Assembly (NCBI RefSeq): GCF_000143415.4 | Contig: NW_003314292.1 | Location: 1,750,100-1,814,099 of the forward strand | Direction of reading: 5' to 3' | DNA from: Selaginella moellendorffii | Lineage: Eukaryota; Plantae; Lycopodiophyta | Length of the DNA: 64,000 nucleotides | Part shown: positions 35,908 to 47,674 of the stretch, piece after piece | Position numbering within the stretch: the stretch's first letter is position 1 | Layout: every line of letters starts with the position of its first letter | The notes under the pieces: generated by a model | Seen by the model: only the letters and a program-made list of their open reading frames with translations | Databases searched by the model: none | Told to the model about the DNA's origin: nothing | Made by a program: the position numbers and the translations under genes

Positions 35908-38246
35908 AAAACAAAAAATGTATATAACTTATACTTAAATTTAAAGTTTATTTATATTAGTTTTATTTATTATTTATTTATTTATTTTTGTCATATATAA
36001 CATATATAACAGCTATGAGGTCCAAGTGTATAGCTATGACTACTTATATTAGCGTAGTGGGATTTTTGTAGGTGTTAGATTGGTTTCAATCCAAACCACT
36101 CGTTTGTGTATATAAGTTAAGATTTTTGGACTAATTGATATGCATATTTTCTGTATTCTTTTTTCATATTTCATGCACTCACATTGGTGGAAATAAGAGC
36201 AACTATAACGCACACTATTTCTCTACCCTTAAGCCAATTGAAAAAGAGGCAATTATTTGATAAAAGAGCCCTTAATAGCTATTTTATCCCTATTTATCCT
36301 TCAAAGTTTCAATTGACTTATTGCCTATTGATTAATAACTTGTACTAAGCTTAGGGGAATTAGCACTTCCATTTCTGCACTGAATCTACCAATCCTTCCA
36401 TTGTGTATATTAACTATTTCATATGAATTCCATTGTGTAAATTAATTATTCCATATGAGGCAAGTAGTCATCCACCCGTACCATAATTTTACGGTGGATA
36501 CCTTCGTCCATGGATGCTCCACCAATCAAGAGGAAGAACATACTTTACTCAAGGGTATATTATATTTTTAAATAACCACTAATCAATGGAAATCGAATCC
36601 ATACTATTTACTCTAATCACATATTATCTTTCTCCCCTTAAGCCAACTGGAAAAGGGGCAATTATTTTGCCCTTAATGGCTATTTTATCCCCTAAAATTT
36701 CAAGGATTCATGATGATAATATATCCAAATCTCATCCCATAATCACATGCACTAAAACAATTTTAATTGTCCCTAAGGAGTGCTAGGATTTAATATTTTT
36801 GGTTTAGATCTAGCTTTTACATTGTCTAAATCTCCCTTTTCTTCTAACTTTTTCATTTTTATTTATTTCTTTTTATTCATCTTCATAGTAGAGTTGCAGC
36901 CTCCTCCTCCTTTGACTCTAGAGTAGTAATTGGTGCAATTGCTCGATGTCATGTGGTTGCAACTGAACAATCAGACTCAGTTAATGATAACATTCATAAC
37001 ATGTGGTACATCTCATCCTGCTTTTGCTACCAATCCTCGCATCCAACCAAAATTCTTCCATGGGAATCTTGGGGATGATGTGTACCATTGATTTGATCAC
37101 TTCACAATGATTGCCACATATCATTTTTGGGATGATGTTTGACGTTTACATGAGTTTCCTACATGTCTCCAAGGGATGGCACTGCAATGGTATAATACTT
37201 TGAGCACAGCCACTCATGAGAATTAAAGTATTCTTTCAAACATCTTCAAATGTGCATTTGGACATGCTAACAATTGTGGAAGGACCTTGCACGAATAAGT
37301 CAATGACCCTTATATCTTTCTTTCATGAGTATCATCAAGGGTTCACTTAGCATTAATTCATCTATTGATTACTTTCCAAGCTCATTTTTATAACAAAAGT
37401 TCTCATATTATTCTCTATGTGTTAGTTTATATAGATTCGAGTTTAGCTTCTATTGCTTTACATTGCCATCTACATTAATGTCATGTGGTAGAGGCAATTT
37501 TCATTCTTTACCATGCACACGTATGTACATAGGATGAGGTAAACCTAATTGTGTATGTAGATGATCTTGAGCTTGAGTTGCAAACATTGTGGATAGTGCT
37601 GAGTCAAACTTTTTACCTTATCCTTGATATAGACTGGTTGTGGCACAATCATGCCAAGTATGACTTTGAAGTTTTTCCCTCTTATGTCATACTTCTTTAT
37701 ATTTCTTCTATTCCTCTCACTTTTGTACTTCTTCATCCTTTTACTTCCATCATTTTTGTCTCCTTATTACTTCATCTTATATTTCCATTTTATTCCTCTC
37801 TGCCCATTTCCAATCCTTTCAATAGTTTTTGTATTGCATTAGGTGATTGGCTTATAAAAGAGTATGCCAATCTCTTTGAATTTGACTTGTCGTTTAGGGC
37901 CAAGATTGCAACACATCATCCTATTCTAACTAGGGATGCTCGTCTAATCAAGGTTTTAGTTTGTTATCGATCACTCAAAGGAATCAAGATTTTATATGCA
38001 AACGTCAAGGAGATGTTAAAAAAGGGTGTTATCCAAAAGTTGTAGAGTCCTTGGGCATATAAACCTCATTTTGTGACAAAGCTTGATGGAAGTATTTGTT
38101 TTTGCATCAATTATTATTCATTAAACAAAGTGATTATCCTGAATATGTACCTTCTTCCTCACACTATTGATCTCTTGGATTGTCTAGGGAGAAGTTGTTG
38201 GTTCACCAAGTTAAATTTTGCCTCTAGGTACTGACAAGTACCAATG

Positions 38247-39869
38247 TGTGAGACACAAAATCCCTAGGCCCCAAAGTGGAGCCGGAAGGGCGCCACATGG
38301 TAGTGGCCGAAGCGAGAGCCAAACAAGCGTAACACGTTGGACCAAAAGCTCCGACTTGAAAAGTCAAGAGCGGGAGTGGAACTCCCAACGAAGTGCTCGA
38401 GGAACAAGCACGAAGCGAGCAAAAGGCAAGGCTCCAAAAAGGGACCCAAAAGGACCAACACATGACACGTGGGAGTGTCCGAGATGGACCCGAGATGGAG
38501 TCCGAGATGGATTCCGAGATGGACCCGAGATGGAGTCCGAGATGGAGTCCGAGATGGAGTCCGAGGTGGACCCGAGATGGACCCGAAATGGAGTCCGAGA
38601 TGGAGTCCGAGATGGAGTCCGAGATGGACCCGAGATGGACCCGAGATGGAGTCCGAGATGGAGTCCGAGATGGAGTCCGAGATGGAGTCCGAAGTCGAGA
38701 CCGAGACCGGAACCGAGACCGGGACCGAGACCGAGACCGAGACCGAGATCAGGACCGAGACCGAGACCGAGGCCGAGGCCAAGACCGAGCCCGAGCCCGA
38801 GTCCGAGTCCGAATCCGAGTCCGAGTCCGAGTCCGAGTCCGAGTTCGAGTCCGAGTCCGAGTCCGAAGCCTGAGAGGGTGAAAGCCCAAAGCGTTCATCT
38901 CCCAGACCCAGGGGGGTTTGGTGAGCTCCAAAAGTATAGTAGGGGGAGGACTGCAGTGGAGCCAGTTTGGCCAGGAAAGGCCAGTTTGGCCCAGGAAGGC
39001 CAGACCCAGTGTTGGGTGATGAGCTGCCCACTAGGAAGTCCAAGACTAGAGTGAACACAGACCGACAAGCGGGGTAGCTTGGTGAAGTGTTCAAGAGCCG
39101 GCTCTAGTTCCCCCGGGAGATCGATTGGCCGATGCTCCCAGTCCAAGTGTGGGTGGCACTACCTACTTGGATACCAGGCGTGGCTCAACGGAACCTCGCT
39201 CTAAGCCCATGGCTAGAGCACCTAAAGGCGATAGGTGGGGAGGGTACCCAGGTGGCTCGCGTAAGGCCACGGTGTTCCGAAATGTTGTCCCAAAGGCCCA
39301 GACTGTGGAAAGGAAGAGGAGTAGTCCTCTGGGGTAGTGACCAAGGACACAGTCATATGGTGAGGAAGTCCCAGAGGACCGTGGGACTTAGGGGTCGGGC
39401 CAGTGGGCCTCGATCCAGTGGCAGTGTTGGCAAACACGGCCAGGGGCAGAAAGGGACTTGGTAGGAACTGACAAAGGGACTTTGGGGAAGGCAATTCCCC
39501 AGGTCTGTGGGCATCCTAAGGATGCTAAGGAGTGGATCTAGGATGACCCCTCGTGGACACATGGCCCAGTCTTGGAGAGACGAGGTGGTGATGTAAGTGG
39601 TGTTGAACCGCTAGTGCAGCAAAGGTGAATGGGCATGGCCTTAGCGTAACGGGCCGAGATGTCAGTGGTACCTTTGGGTGTCGGTCTCAGGACTGGACAC
39701 GTGGAGCACTTGGACCAGGTGCAAGTGTGGAGTGGCATGGATGCCATTCTTGGGGCTAGCAAGTCCCAAGTCCTGAATTGGACTAATGGAGGTTGTGAAT
39801 GAGACTCCTCCAAATGGTCGGAGGTGTGGTTAAGTGACTAAAGTAGAATGGAAAATTTAGTCGCTTACA
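38247..39869. mobile_element. Nested GC-rich solo-LTR-like insertion in the host RT
   Basis: TGTGAG...CTTACA termini and a perfect 5-bp TSD CAATG (38242-38246 and 39870-39874). Removing it rejoins the RT motif GY*QVPMAEEDIP. Confidence 0.88.
38478..38870. repeat. Compound tandem array (GAGATGGAGTCC / GAGATGGACCC / GAGACC / GAGTCC)
   Basis: Directly visible 12-, 11- and 6-bp units inside the solo LTR. Confidence 0.95.
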
Positions 39870-41685
39870 CAATGGCTGAAGAAGATATTCCTAATACTAC
39901 TTTTTGTATACTATTTGGTTTGTCTTAGTTCTTGGTGATATTATTTGGTTTGAATAATGCTTTAGCAACTTTCCATAGATGATAGATGAAGTTCTTTACG
40001 ATATACCAAAGGTGACTAATAATTCAATATGACGTTATTCGGTATATATGTAACTGCATTTGGTGCCAAACTCATAATACTCTCCCTCGTGTTGTGGAAG
40101 GACAATTGAAGTCAATTACAATTTCCCGTTCATTTGAGTTGGTGGTGTTTGATTTAATAAGACCTTTTCCACTATCGACTATTAGTAACAAGTATGTTAT
40201 TATTGCTTTTAACTACTTGACTCCTTGAGTGGAAGTTGGTGCTCTTGCTAGTGCGTCTGCAACTCTTATTAGGTACTTCCTTTTCAATCGAGTGGTATTT
40301 CAACATTCTTGTCTGGAGTGAATTCTTTCAGATAATGGTCTTGCATTTATAATTGAGGCATTTCATGTTTTGATATTTTGGTTGAGGATATGCTACACTT
40401 TCATAAATGTTTATCATCCATAGTGAGATAGTTGAGTGGAATGGCTCGTTTATACCTTCAAAGGGATAATTGTGAAGTACATGAACTTTCAACATTTGGA
40501 TTAGTACTTCGTACAAAGGGATCATGAACAACTGCCACCACCTATAGATGCACTGATGTCCTCTTGATATTCCTCCAGATCCCAACCTATCCAAAAAAGA
40601 ACCCTAACGGTCTTCCATCATTCTAAGAGGAGGGGATGATATGAGGTTCAAGTGTACAACTACAATGTTATATACTAATATTAGCGTAGTGGGATTTTGA
40701 TAGCCGTTGGATTGATTTCAATTCAGACCACTCACTCATGTATATAAGCTAGGGTTTTTGGGCTAATTAATATGCATATTTCTGTATTCTCTTTCCTATT
40801 TCATACACTCACACACCACACTTTTAGTAACGGCATAAATCTCAAAAACTTTGAATAATGAACCAAATGAATATAGATTATATGTTGTTAATTATATGAG
40901 GCATGGAAAACTTGAGGATGAATATAAAATAACCACAAATGTTTTATATTAAGATGTTTATTTTATATTAATAATTATATGTTTCTATAATGCTTATATT
41001 AAAATTATAACTAAGATTATCTTAATTAATAAAGTTTAGTCTTATTTATATCTACATAGATATAATACAGGTTATAGAAACCTCACAAATTTATCAAAAA
41101 ATTTCATTCAAAGATATTTTGTGAATTTTATCACTTTATATTATATAATAGCAAAGAAAACTTAGTATACATATCAAGTGTCATAAGCTTATAAGCTTGT
41201 GCCAATTCATATGTATACTCTATTTTATTTTTAGCTATTCTATTATGAGGTAATGGTCTTATTTGAAGGATTAAAAAATTACAAAATACAACTCTCAAGT
41301 TCTTGAAAATGCCACTCATAGGCCCCTTGCCTCCCTGAAACTAGACCCACCCACTAGGTCCTAGGCAAAGTGAAACTTAAGGTGTTCCTCCACTTGCCTG
41401 CCATGATGCGAAGTGATTGTTCAACAGCCTCCAATCTAAAGTAAGAGCCTTAAAATATGCAACTGGTCTATTTGATTCACAATTGCAAAGACCTTTAGAA
41501 CAATTTGCTAATATTAAGGCTGTAGTGAAAACTTGCTAGTTATAATTAAAATGAAGATTCAAATGAGGATTCTAACTAAATTCATTCCAATCCCAAGGAC
41601 TTGAAGCATTCTCATACTCTGATACATTTACACTCTGCTGGAGTGATATATAAAATCCCTAGTCAGCCATGAAGCAACTTATGGA

Positions 41686-41756
41686 TTGGCCATGTCCAGG
41701 AATCCAAGACTGTCTTTGATCAAATGCCAAAGCACAATCTCATCATGTGGAATATA
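41686..41756 (+). pseudogene. Small PLS-class PPR gene remnant
   Basis: Translates as IGHVQESKTVFDQMPKHNLIMWN, matching the PPR consensus G.LEEA..VFD.MP.RNVVSWN. No surrounding ORF. Confidence 0.55.
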
Positions 41757-42152
41757 CATTTTACTTGCCCAGATGAGACCACTTTAATATATGCCTGATC
41801 CATGAAAGAACTTCCTCCATGAAATATGAGAGGTTTGGACTTCTTTCTTTTAGGGTTTATTTATTTTATATTATACTAACATTTTTTTTCAGCGAATAGT
41901 TTAATTGGCTTTTCACTGATTTAGTTTCTTTTATTGCATTTTTGTAACAAGATAGGAAATATATATAAAATAAACCCCACCAAGTTTATCAAAACTTGTT
42001 CAGGTTAAAATTACTTTTATATTTTCCATGAGCTAATTGCTAAATTATATAAAAACATACATTATTTTTTTAAACTAATGTTATTCATTAATTATGAAAT
42101 ATATTGATATTATTTGCTGTTAATGAAAGTGTTTATACTTAATGCTTTAGAA

Positions 42153-44899
42153 TTACCCACCACCACCACATCCGCCACCACCACCACCTCCACATCCACC
42201 ACCACCACAGCCACCACCACCTCCACATCCACCACTGCCACAGCCACCACCACCACAACCGCCGCCAGCACTAATACCACAGCCACCAACATAGGAGAAA
42301 CCATCATTGTACCTAGAATAGATTTCACCACCAAGACCATCATGGTCGATCTTCACAGCACCTGTTAAACAATGCACTTAGAATTTAGACTCGACAAGCA
42401 TACTCTCATGGCTCACCCCAGTGATCTTGATCTTCTTCCAAAGCCCTTGGTTTTGCCCACGGAGGAATTCCTTTGCCAAGCATATCAGACATGGACATGC
42501 TTATGGTTGCGGAAAAAAGGAGCACAAGTAGCACATCCTCATTGGGATCAATCTATACACTTAGTTTGCTAGAATGGAAAGAAAAAATGGAAGAAACTTC
42601 ACCTCCATGCCACCGGAGCGCCAGTTGATGAGCGCTGTTGCTTTCCCTTGAGGTGCGTCGCTTGTGAATCTCACCATTGTCACAAAGCATGCTTCCATTT
42701 GGTCCGATGATCCAGGCACAGAAAACTCCAAGTGCCGACCGGGAAGAAGCGCGATCTTATTAATATGAAAATAGAGATAACTCGGTTAATGATCATGTTC
42801 TTCGAACATGACAACTTACTGGACAGTCCTCGGACTTAATCTCCATATTCAAGCTCATTCCTGGTCTCGTGTTCCACTGCTTGTCAATCGCGTCCTTTTC
42901 CACGACTAAAACAATGGCATCGTCCAGAAGAGACCACCTTCGTGAGTCCTTGGATGGTCTCTCGAGCTGCCTTGCAGATCCAAGAACCTCACCTAGGAAG
43001 AATTGAGAAAAAAAGAAGAGTGAAAACTTTGTGATCGTTGTATTACCATCAACGGAGCGGGAGCCTTTGTATGTCCGATGAACATTCACGACTTTATCAG
43101 TGTCTGCGAGACGTTTACCTCCTTCACGTTTGTATCTAGACAGCAAAGGAGAGATCGAGCGATTCATGTCATCCACAAAAAAGAAAAGCTTGGCAAACTC
43201 ACCGGCAACGAATGACGAAACATTCCTTGTTGGCATGATCGAAGACAGTCCTTGTTATCCACACGCCTTGAGAACTAAAACTCCTGCGAGTGGCTCCATC
43301 TTCTCCAGTGTCTTCCACTCTCACGCTTCTCAAGAGATAATTCGCAGTGACCGGAGGAGTAGCGGAGATGTAAACCAGCACCGACACTTCTCGGTCCTTC
43401 TTTGTGTCTTGCATTGGAAACCAGCCGCCAAGCGACTGCGTCTCGGAATCGCTGAGGTTTTTCCACGGAATGACGAGTCGTCCCAGCGTTTTGGACGTGA
43501 ACATCCCCTTCTGCCGAGCTGTGATCACAAGCCCCTCGGTGGATAGCTCGGGTGTCATGGACGAAACTACATTCCTCGGCGATGAGCCTTCGCGCTTTTC
43601 GCTATGGAGCTCAAAACTTGTTTGCTTTAACATGCTGAAAACGAAAGAGACGCTGCCATCCTGCGGTAAACCTTTGGAACCTCGCACGGAGAGACGAACC
43701 TGCGTTTGAACGATCAGTGATTCATATCGAACTTGCAAAAGTTCTGACCATATACCTGGATAGTGTTCCTGGCTTTCAGTGAAACCTTGGTTCTGCAAGA
43801 GAGACTCGCGAGCTTGGTGGGATCATAAGCAATCGTTCCCGAAATCGCTGCTGGTGGCTCCCCTCTATACATGCACCCTGCCTTCTCGTATGGCAAATCA
43901 TATAAAGATTCCCACAGAGAAAGAGTTTTTGCGAATCCTTTGTCCAACTTTCCTCCGGGATCTCTGTTACTGTCCGTATCATCGTGCTCGAAGATCCTTC
44001 CAAATAACCGTGTGAGGTCGCTTCTGTAACTCACAGGATGAAGTTGATGCGTGTGCCATATCAAATCAATGTCGTAAGTGGGAACTAAGAACACCGATGC
44101 TGCGGATGTGTGTCGGAAGACGAGATGGAGAAACGCCTTGTATCGAGCAACCGCAGCGCGTAAGAAGTTCTCGTCAACGTAGTGCGGCCCGGAAACCTGT
44201 TATAGCTATGGCGATGAGTTCCGAGTTTCATAGGTCTAAAAGCAAACCATCACGTACCTGATAGTAAAAATTTTGCTGCCTGAGAACCGCATCGGCCAAG
44301 TTGTAGGAGATGCCACTCGATCTTCCGGAGTACAATGGTCTCGTCAAAGAGATTTTCCCTTCGCCAGAAAGGTCGAGTTCATACGGTTCATCTGGAAAGC
44401 TGGAAGTCCAAGCAACCATACTTTGTTGAAGAGCATTCTCGGACTTCTCCAGGCAAGGTGCGTCCACTATTTTTCCAAAAAGTCTTTTGCAATCCTCGGC
44501 ATATTGGATCTACTCCAGCGTACAAGTATCAGCAATCTGGTGGAAGTATCCTTTTAAAACTCACTGGATTCAAGCGATGGCAGTGCCAAATCCATTCGCA
44601 GTCAAGTGGTGGAAGGAGTCTTGACGAAGAACTGGCTAGCAATGGAAGACAACAATATTGGTATCTAGTTTTGGGAGAGACAAAGAAAATTAATCACAAG
44701 CTTACAAAGTGTAGAAGATAAACACATCATACCTCTCAATCGCTCTGTTTAAAGCAGGCTCCTCAAAAAGCTTGTAATTCGCGTGTACCACCGATAGAAA
44801 CTCCAGGTGAGTTCTCGCAGCCGCTACAACATCCAAAGAGAGTGAAATCTCTTGAGCGCCGGACCATTCGCGATTCACTTGGGGCGGCGATGCTGCCGT
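42153..44899 (-). CDS. Glycine-rich domain-containing protein (GRDP1/2-like, DUF1399), multi-exon
   Basis: EWSGAQEISLSLDVVAAARTHLEFL, PPLDCEWIWHCHRLNPV, LADAVLRQQNFYYQV, FLVPTYDIDLIWHTHQLHP, EHDDTDSNRDPGGKLDKGF, GKATALINWR and a C-terminal (GGGC)n tail. No in-frame ATG found at the expected start. Confidence 0.9.
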
Positions 44900-46244
44900 T
44901 GGTTTGTGAGTTCGCGAATCGAGAAGAAACGCTTAAACACAGCAATGCTTCTCATCTCACGAGAAGAAACTTCTCTATAGATCTATTCAAATAGATCATG
45001 GCCTAGTGGGCAAAGAAGGAGCGAGGAACTTATCTAAGTCCACTCTGAAACAAAGTATTGAGAAGGCTTAAACTCCTTATAAATTATCCTTGGAACGACC
45101 ACCTAAACAACATCAAACAACATTTTAGATTTGTCCGGAGATCTTCGGCGCATCTTTGGAGATGATCCAGACAACTCAATCCACGCATTAGCGTAGAAGA
45201 CACCAAAAATATGAGAAATTGGACTGGCTCTTGGGGAAAATGTTATAATTCATCTATTGAAAGCTAAATTGTTGTAGCACACGCATCAGAGTTGTTTGAT
45301 TGGATAGGGTATGCTCTGCCCTGACCAGAGACTGAAAACATAAGATCAGTGGTATATCAGATGCCGCCGACGACGACGACGATGTTGAAGGCAAGCACGA
45401 GGTAGCTGCATTTCCGGTGATTATATTCTTTGCTTCTAGCGATCATTCTCTTCCAGGGTGGATTCTAGCCTTGATCCGATCGATAGTGATACCACGTCCG
45501 AGGTGACTCTTTCTTCTCCTCTCATTGATATTGAATCCTTGAGCAAGCTTTCTGTGCAAGAGCTTCCAAGAGTTTAGCAGCGAGGATGACGATCTTCCAG
45601 CAGAAACCTCGTCAAAGTTCTCTTCCATGTCGTGCTTAGCATCTGACGACTTTTCTTTTCTTTGTTTCGTAAAGGTTTGAAGCGCTCTTGGCACAACTGG
45701 GAGGGCGCCAATCACTTGATCTCAAACATGAAACCAGCTGGTATGGCTTTCCTTGTTTTGTTCTCTTGACATGATCATGGTTCCTTGCTTTAGATGGTTC
45801 TCTCACTTGGCACATCTCACATCCACGAAGTGCGAGGTTTTGAAGTCCTTTCAGGTAGTCACCGCTAGTTTCGACAGCCTTTCTCCCGGTACAAGTCGTA
45901 TGTGTTCTATGCATTCATCCTCCATGGTGAGCAACATTACTGGCTGTGAAACAATCTCTCTAATTCTGTGTTGTTTTCACACGAAGTGTAAAGGACATGG
46001 AAGAGTACTTCTTGCTGCTTCTCTTGGATTTCCCTTGAAGGTACAGTTGTGCATTTAAACTATCTATTTCTTTCTACGTTTTGGAATCAGGGGAAACGTG
46101 AATGCCGAACGACAAAAGCAATTTCGACTATCCTGCCACACTAGTCAATTATCTGCGAGCCTCACGTGGATTTCAAGATCATTGGTGGTCACTAGAAACT
46201 AGAGTGAAGTATCCAAAATCTCTAAGACACATACTTCTGAAAAA

Positions 46245-46515
46245 TTGAGTTTGAGTTGAGCTCCAAGTTTCAATTATATTTTAATACAAATAATTTCCAT
46301 TATATAGATAAAAATATTCTAAAGGACACTTCTTGTTTTAACAATTTAAATATTTATTACATGCCATAATAAGGATGTTTGTTAAAATATAAAATAAGAT
46401 GTAAATAAATCATTTATTTCCTTATTTTTCAATTTAAATTTCCTTGGTAAGCTTTTAGTTGATTATGTTAACTTGAGTTGACTTATGTTAAATTGAGCTC
46501 AACTCATAAACTCAA
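46245..46515. repeat. MITE-like AT-rich element with imperfect terminal inverted repeats
   Basis: TTGAGTTTGAGTTGAGCTC (46245-46263) and GAGCTCAACTCATAAACTCAA (46495-46515) are near reverse complements around an AT-rich core. Confidence 0.45.
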
Positions 46516-47674
46516 CTCAACTTTGGCTTGCAGAATGAAAATAAAAATATCATTGAAAAAATCTTGACAATCTTGTCAATATTTCTAGTAAACTGCATTA
46601 CTATAGATTTGCAATGCTTAAAGCTAGTTGAGAGTGCCAACTTTGAAATCACATGCAATTTGGTTGCAAATCTAATGAAAACTTAACATATTATCCATCC
46701 ATGGAATAGCCATGTTGTATTTCACCATCTTTTTGTTCAAAGTTCAATAGACCTGGACATGGACAGCCAGGGGGGACCTGGACCTCATCGGCCTCCCTGA
46801 CAGCACGATTGCCCAGCCTCTCACAACGTTTCTGCTGCGCTTAGGGAGCAACGAGCTCAAGAGAGAGTAGGGAGAGGGGGCCCCCTAGCTTAGGTTAGCT
46901 TGGATTGGATTCACCAGTTATCTAATGCCTCCAGCTGGAATTGCCCCAAAAACATGTATATAATATACAATGCACATACCATCGTTTTTTTTACAAGCAA
47001 AACAAGAGAGATTTACTGCTCTGGACAAACCTGTAATCAAGCAATATATACGAAATCATATGTACATGATTTTGTTTCAGATACCAATGCTACCCTCATA
47101 CACACCATCCCTCCTCTCAATCTTGAGCTCATTTGGTATTGCCATCGTTTGTTTTTTTCCTAATTTTTCCCTGTTGCTAGACTTGACCAAATCGATTGTT
47201 TGGAACCATCGTGGATTCACATCCTCACAAACTAGATGAAGTCTCTCTACACATGGGCAACAAATTTTCCAGACAAACCATATGAATTAGATAGTTGTGG
47301 CAGGGACATGACACTCCATTTCTCTGCTCGATCATAGATTAAAGATCATGACTTCAGCTCTTAGACAGGAAAGTATCTCGCTTCCCCTTTAGATCACGGG
47401 TAGCATTAAAGTAAAGTTGTTGGGTTAAGCGAGAATACGGCATGCATGATCTCGGCCAAGGCAAAGTCAAAATTGCCAGCCAAATTCTCCTAACTTGCGC
47501 CTACCGCGAGAGAATCACATCACATCACGCGGGAAGGCGAGAAAAATTCCAGCATCTCTGGGTGTAGTATAACATCCCCTTCTGGTTACGCAACTGTTAA
47601 CGAAGAAAAGAGAAAGAAAGTGTTTAGGGCTCCCTCCCTCCTTGGTAGAGTGTAGATCTGGAAGACTTGGAAAG

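Larger units (their letters stand above)
36014..40813 (+). mobile_element. Internally deleted Ty3/gypsy element of the same family as 7294-12237
   Basis: LTRs at 36014-36183 and 40640-40813, similar to those of the earlier element. PBS TTGGTGG, identical PPT AAGAGGAGGGGATGA, gag/protease/RT/integrase remnants. RNase H region missing. Confidence 0.9.

Noticed and set aside
38218-39094. RS/PR/ES-repeat ORFs and a CRISPR-like look
   Set aside because: Stop-free tandem repeats inside a solo LTR, with no unique spacers and no cas genes, in a eukaryotic context.
42110-42368. Thr-rich mucin-like and Val-rich ORFs
   Set aside because: Other frames of the Gly/Cys-rich last exon of GRDP.
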